The notes below the pieces were generated by a model that saw nothing but the letters and a program-made list of their open reading frames with translations, was not told where the DNA came from and did not search any database. A program made the position numbers and the translations under genes. Shown piece by piece: positions 60,483-64,000 of a stretch of DNA of 64,000 nucleotides (position 1 is its first letter; each line of letters begins with the position of its first letter). Source of the DNA: Eledone cirrhosa (taxonomy: Eukaryota); assembly GCA_964016885.1 (NCBI GenBank), contig OZ024741.1, forward strand, positions 215,388,001 through 215,452,000, given 5' to 3'.

Positions 60483-62153
60483 TATACACAAGCACACACA
60501 CACAAGGGATCCAGCCACTCCACCTATATACACCCACCCCTATCCCCACACCCGTATATACCACCAAATATAAAACTATATCTCTGGACAGACATAACCC
60601 TCAAATTCATTCCCACACTCAAGCATATCCACCCTGTTGGACCCATCTTTCTCGCCTTGCTCGAGATTTAGCCTTCCAGACACACAACCATACATATATA
60701 CACACATGGTTGTATCATACGCATACACCAGCATCCACGGTCATTATAACACCACCTCCACCACCTTTTCCACTCCCCTTACATATTCAGATGCATGCAC
60801 ACAAATATGCGTGCACATATACTCACGCTCAGACATCACATACCACGTATAACACGTCATATCATCCACTAAGGTGCGTATGTGTTTGTTTCTCCAGAGA
60901 CCATGGCTTTGTTCACATGACAACCTGTGCCAGGGCTTGGGCACCGTTGGTGTTAAATGTTTCCCAATATTTACTCCGAGACTCCCACCCCCGACCACTT
61001 CCCTGCTCCATATCTCTCCAAAGTACGCCATGACACCACATTTTGTTGTACAGTTGCTTTGAGTGTGTGAATTTAGGTGGAGTTCAAATGTGTCAAAAGT
61101 TTAAGTATCTAATAAAAACAAAATACACCACAAAATAGAACAAAAAACGCGAAGAAAATAGAAAGGATAAATCAAAGAAAGAAATGGAGAAGGGGGTATA
61201 AACACTACACCTCAGTGTTTGTGGTGTCTGAGTCCCACCCCACGGGCAAAACGCTTGAGTTGTTACCGCGGCGGAGGATAGCCAAAGGCACCCACTGCAA
61301 CATCCACCCCACCTCATGTGACTCCCTTTTCAAACAGACTGCTGTCATTCTGATATTATAGGGGAAATCTGCAGTCCAGGGACCAAGGACGCGTCAGAGT
61401 TCTCGACGGAGATAGGTGAAAAGAGGAAGCGATCGACCAGGCCCCAGCATTTTACTATCTTCCTCTCCTTCACATTGCAGATAGCGGAGTCTGGGTTTGT
61501 GGACGAAGGGACAATGTTGAAAGCGGAGAACGAGTCAGTGCACATCGCGTCCTAAAATAGGGATTTGTCCCTCTCTAAAGGGAAGAGAATTAATCTATCG
61601 GGCGCCTGTACCACCATATCCGTGTACCCAAAGCTCCGGAGTTTCTCTTATGGCGATACCCAGATCAAGATATATGACGATGATCATGTTTGCCACTGTC
61701 TCTCTTTCCCTAAAACTCCTTGCTTCTATTTCTACTTAAGTGTGTGCATGTGTGTCAGTATGTATACACATCAGAATTTTGCATACATAGGTAATCCTGC
61801 GCTCATATCCTTGCATGTGAATATACATATAAACACTTAGACACACTCTCTCACCCCTGCATTGGTGAGTTACGCGCACACACTCATATCTCTGCAAACC
61901 CAATAGCTGCCAGTTTTGTCATGATCTGGCGCAGACACCCTCAAAACTTTGCATAGACAAACAAACAAACCAACTGACACATATGTCCATTCAAAATACA
62001 CATGGATTATCTCCCTTTCAAAACCTGTCTAATGTTTAAGACACATTCTAACCAGCACTTTCCTAAAACGGCTGACTGTAGACACAGATGTTTTTCCACC
62101 CGCCAAATATTTTTTCCGTTTCTTCCTCTTTTTACTCTCCTCTATCTTTATCA

Positions 62154-62187
62154 ATTCTGATGAAGGACTAGCGTCCGAAACGTTAAT
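62154..62187 (+). ncRNA. Minimal type I hammerhead ribozyme
   Basis: att-CTGATGA-a-ggac tagc gtcc-GAAA-cg-TT-aat. Same family as 31676-31711. Confidence 0.75.
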
Positions 62188-62296
62188 AATCTTTTCCTAC
62201 TATATCAAGCGTTAAACTAACCTGTATCGTCATTTTACTCTATTGTTTTCCATTTACTTTTCGGATACATACACGCACAAACACGCACACACATAC

Positions 62297-62330
<34 letters not shown>

Positions 62331-62529
62331 ATGCATAAATATGTATATGTATGGGGTAATTATGTATGTAATATATTAAATGTAAAGTATTTTTAACAGT
62401 TTGTGTTTTTCTTTTATAAACGGCTAAACTCTCTCTGTCTCTCCCCCCTCCTTTTTCTCCCCTCCCTCTCTCTCTCTCTCTCGCTTTCATGATGGAATTA
62501 CTTACAGGTTGCTACATGATGAACAAAAC

Positions 62530-63085
62530 GGTGGCGGTGTCGGTGACACGGGCAGTGGAGATAGTGGTGGTGGTAGTGGTGGTGGTGGTAGTGGCAGTGT
62601 CTATGGTGTTGGTGGTAGTGATGGTAATGGTAGTCGCATTGGTGGTGGCAGTGTCGATGGTGTTGGTTGTAGTGGTGGTGGTAGTGTTGGTGGCGTTGGT
62701 GGTAGTGGTGGTAGTGGTGGTTGGTGGTGTTGGTGGTATTGGCGGTAGTGGTAGTGGTGGTGGTAGTGTCTTTGGTGGTGGTGGTAGTGGTGGTGGTGTC
62801 GATGGTGTTGGTGGTAGTGGTGGTGGTGCTGGTGCTGGTTGTAGTGGCGGTAGTGGTAGTGGTGGTAGTGATGGTGGTATTGGTTGTGGTAGTGGTGGTG
62901 ATAGTAGTGCTGATGGTCTTGGTGGTAGTCGTGTTGGGGTAGTGGTGGTGGTAGTGCTGATGGTCTTGGTGGTAGTCGTGTTGTGGTAGTGGTGGTGGTA
63001 GTGTTGATGGCGTTGGTGGTAGTGGTGGTGGTGGTAGTGGCAGTGTTGGTGGTGTTGGTGGTAGTGTTGGTGGTGGTGGTGGGGA
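62530..63085. repeat. Degenerate (GGT/AGT)n trinucleotide tract
   Basis: Read directly from the sequence. The poly-V and poly-G ORFs are repeat translations. Confidence 0.9.
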
Positions 63086-63477
63086 TGGTCAGAGGCGAGG
63101 AGATGAAATTTCCATCAGCTTCTTTCGAGGCTTTCTTGTGATTTTACATTAAAACACGTAACTGAGAAATCGGAGAAAAATGAGAAAGAAGCGGCGGGCG
63201 GGATAGAGGAGCGGAGGAGCAGAGGAGGTACATAAGACGTGGTTGTTGGAAAGGTGGACAGGAAGGTGTAAAGAGGCTGAGGGTGGTGGCTGATGGTGGA
63301 TTTGAATGGTTTCAGGAGATAGATTTTGTAAGTAATGTCCAAATGTATTGCTAAAATGACTGCAGTTATTTGCACGAAAACAATCTCTCTCGCTCCCTTG
63401 CTCTCAGTCTCTCTCTCTCTCTCTATCTGTCTGTCTATAACTCACTTTCTCTCTCACTCTCACTTTTTCTCACACCT

Positions 63478-63556
<79 letters not shown>

Positions 63557-63677
63557 GACACACACATACACTCATACACTCTCAGCCCCACAATCTCACA
63601 CACAATCTCTCTCTATCTCTCTCTCTCTTCTCACACACACACATTCCTCACTCATTCTCTCTCCTCTCACACACTCT

Positions 63678-63778
<101 letters not shown>

Positions 63779-63900
63779 GCGTAGAAATATCCATGACCCC
63801 CAGGAGACAACTGATGAAGGAAAATGTTCTCCCGGTCATGCTTTCTTCTTATTTATAAGTACACCTTATCCAGCAACTACACGGCCCCTGTTCCTTCTTC

Positions 63901-63984
<84 letters not shown>

Positions 63985-64000
63985 CTCTCTCTCTCCTTTA

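Noticed and set aside
62489-62989. Gly/Val-rich ORFs
   Set aside because: They are translations of a (GGT)n tract.
63811-63860. CTGATGA as a hammerhead core
   Set aside because: No stem II, GAAA or stem III could be built.

Overview
Gene-poor, AT-rich eukaryotic DNA dominated by (TA)n, (TG)n, (GA)n and trinucleotide microsatellites. The repeat spectrum suggests an octopod cephalopod (inference). I recognise no host protein-coding exon, and almost every ORF in the track is a microsatellite translation. The centrepiece is a young, apparently intact Penelope-like retroelement (PLE) at 11897-18549. It has one 819-aa RT + GIY-YIG ORF with Hydra-clade-like motifs, tandem pseudo-LTRs plus an inverted 5' pseudo-LTR, and a hammerhead ribozyme (HHR) in each repeat. 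By eye I find about 29 type-I HHR motifs from roughly 16 unrelated sequence families. They include core variants (CCGAAGA, CAGAAGA, and a compensatory U3-A8 UUGAAAA) and mostly palindromic stems III. Nearly all lie in short non-coding cassettes inserted in (TA)n tracts, many as fold-back inverted repeats. One is a 474-bp HHR tandem resembling a non-LTR retrozyme. Also present are decayed PLE endonuclease remnants, CR1-group LINE fragments, tRNA-derived SINE clusters, Helitron-like non-autonomous repeats, an RTE-derived short repeat, a decayed Tc1/mariner (maT-like) element and minisatellites. All structures were read by eye and none was computed.
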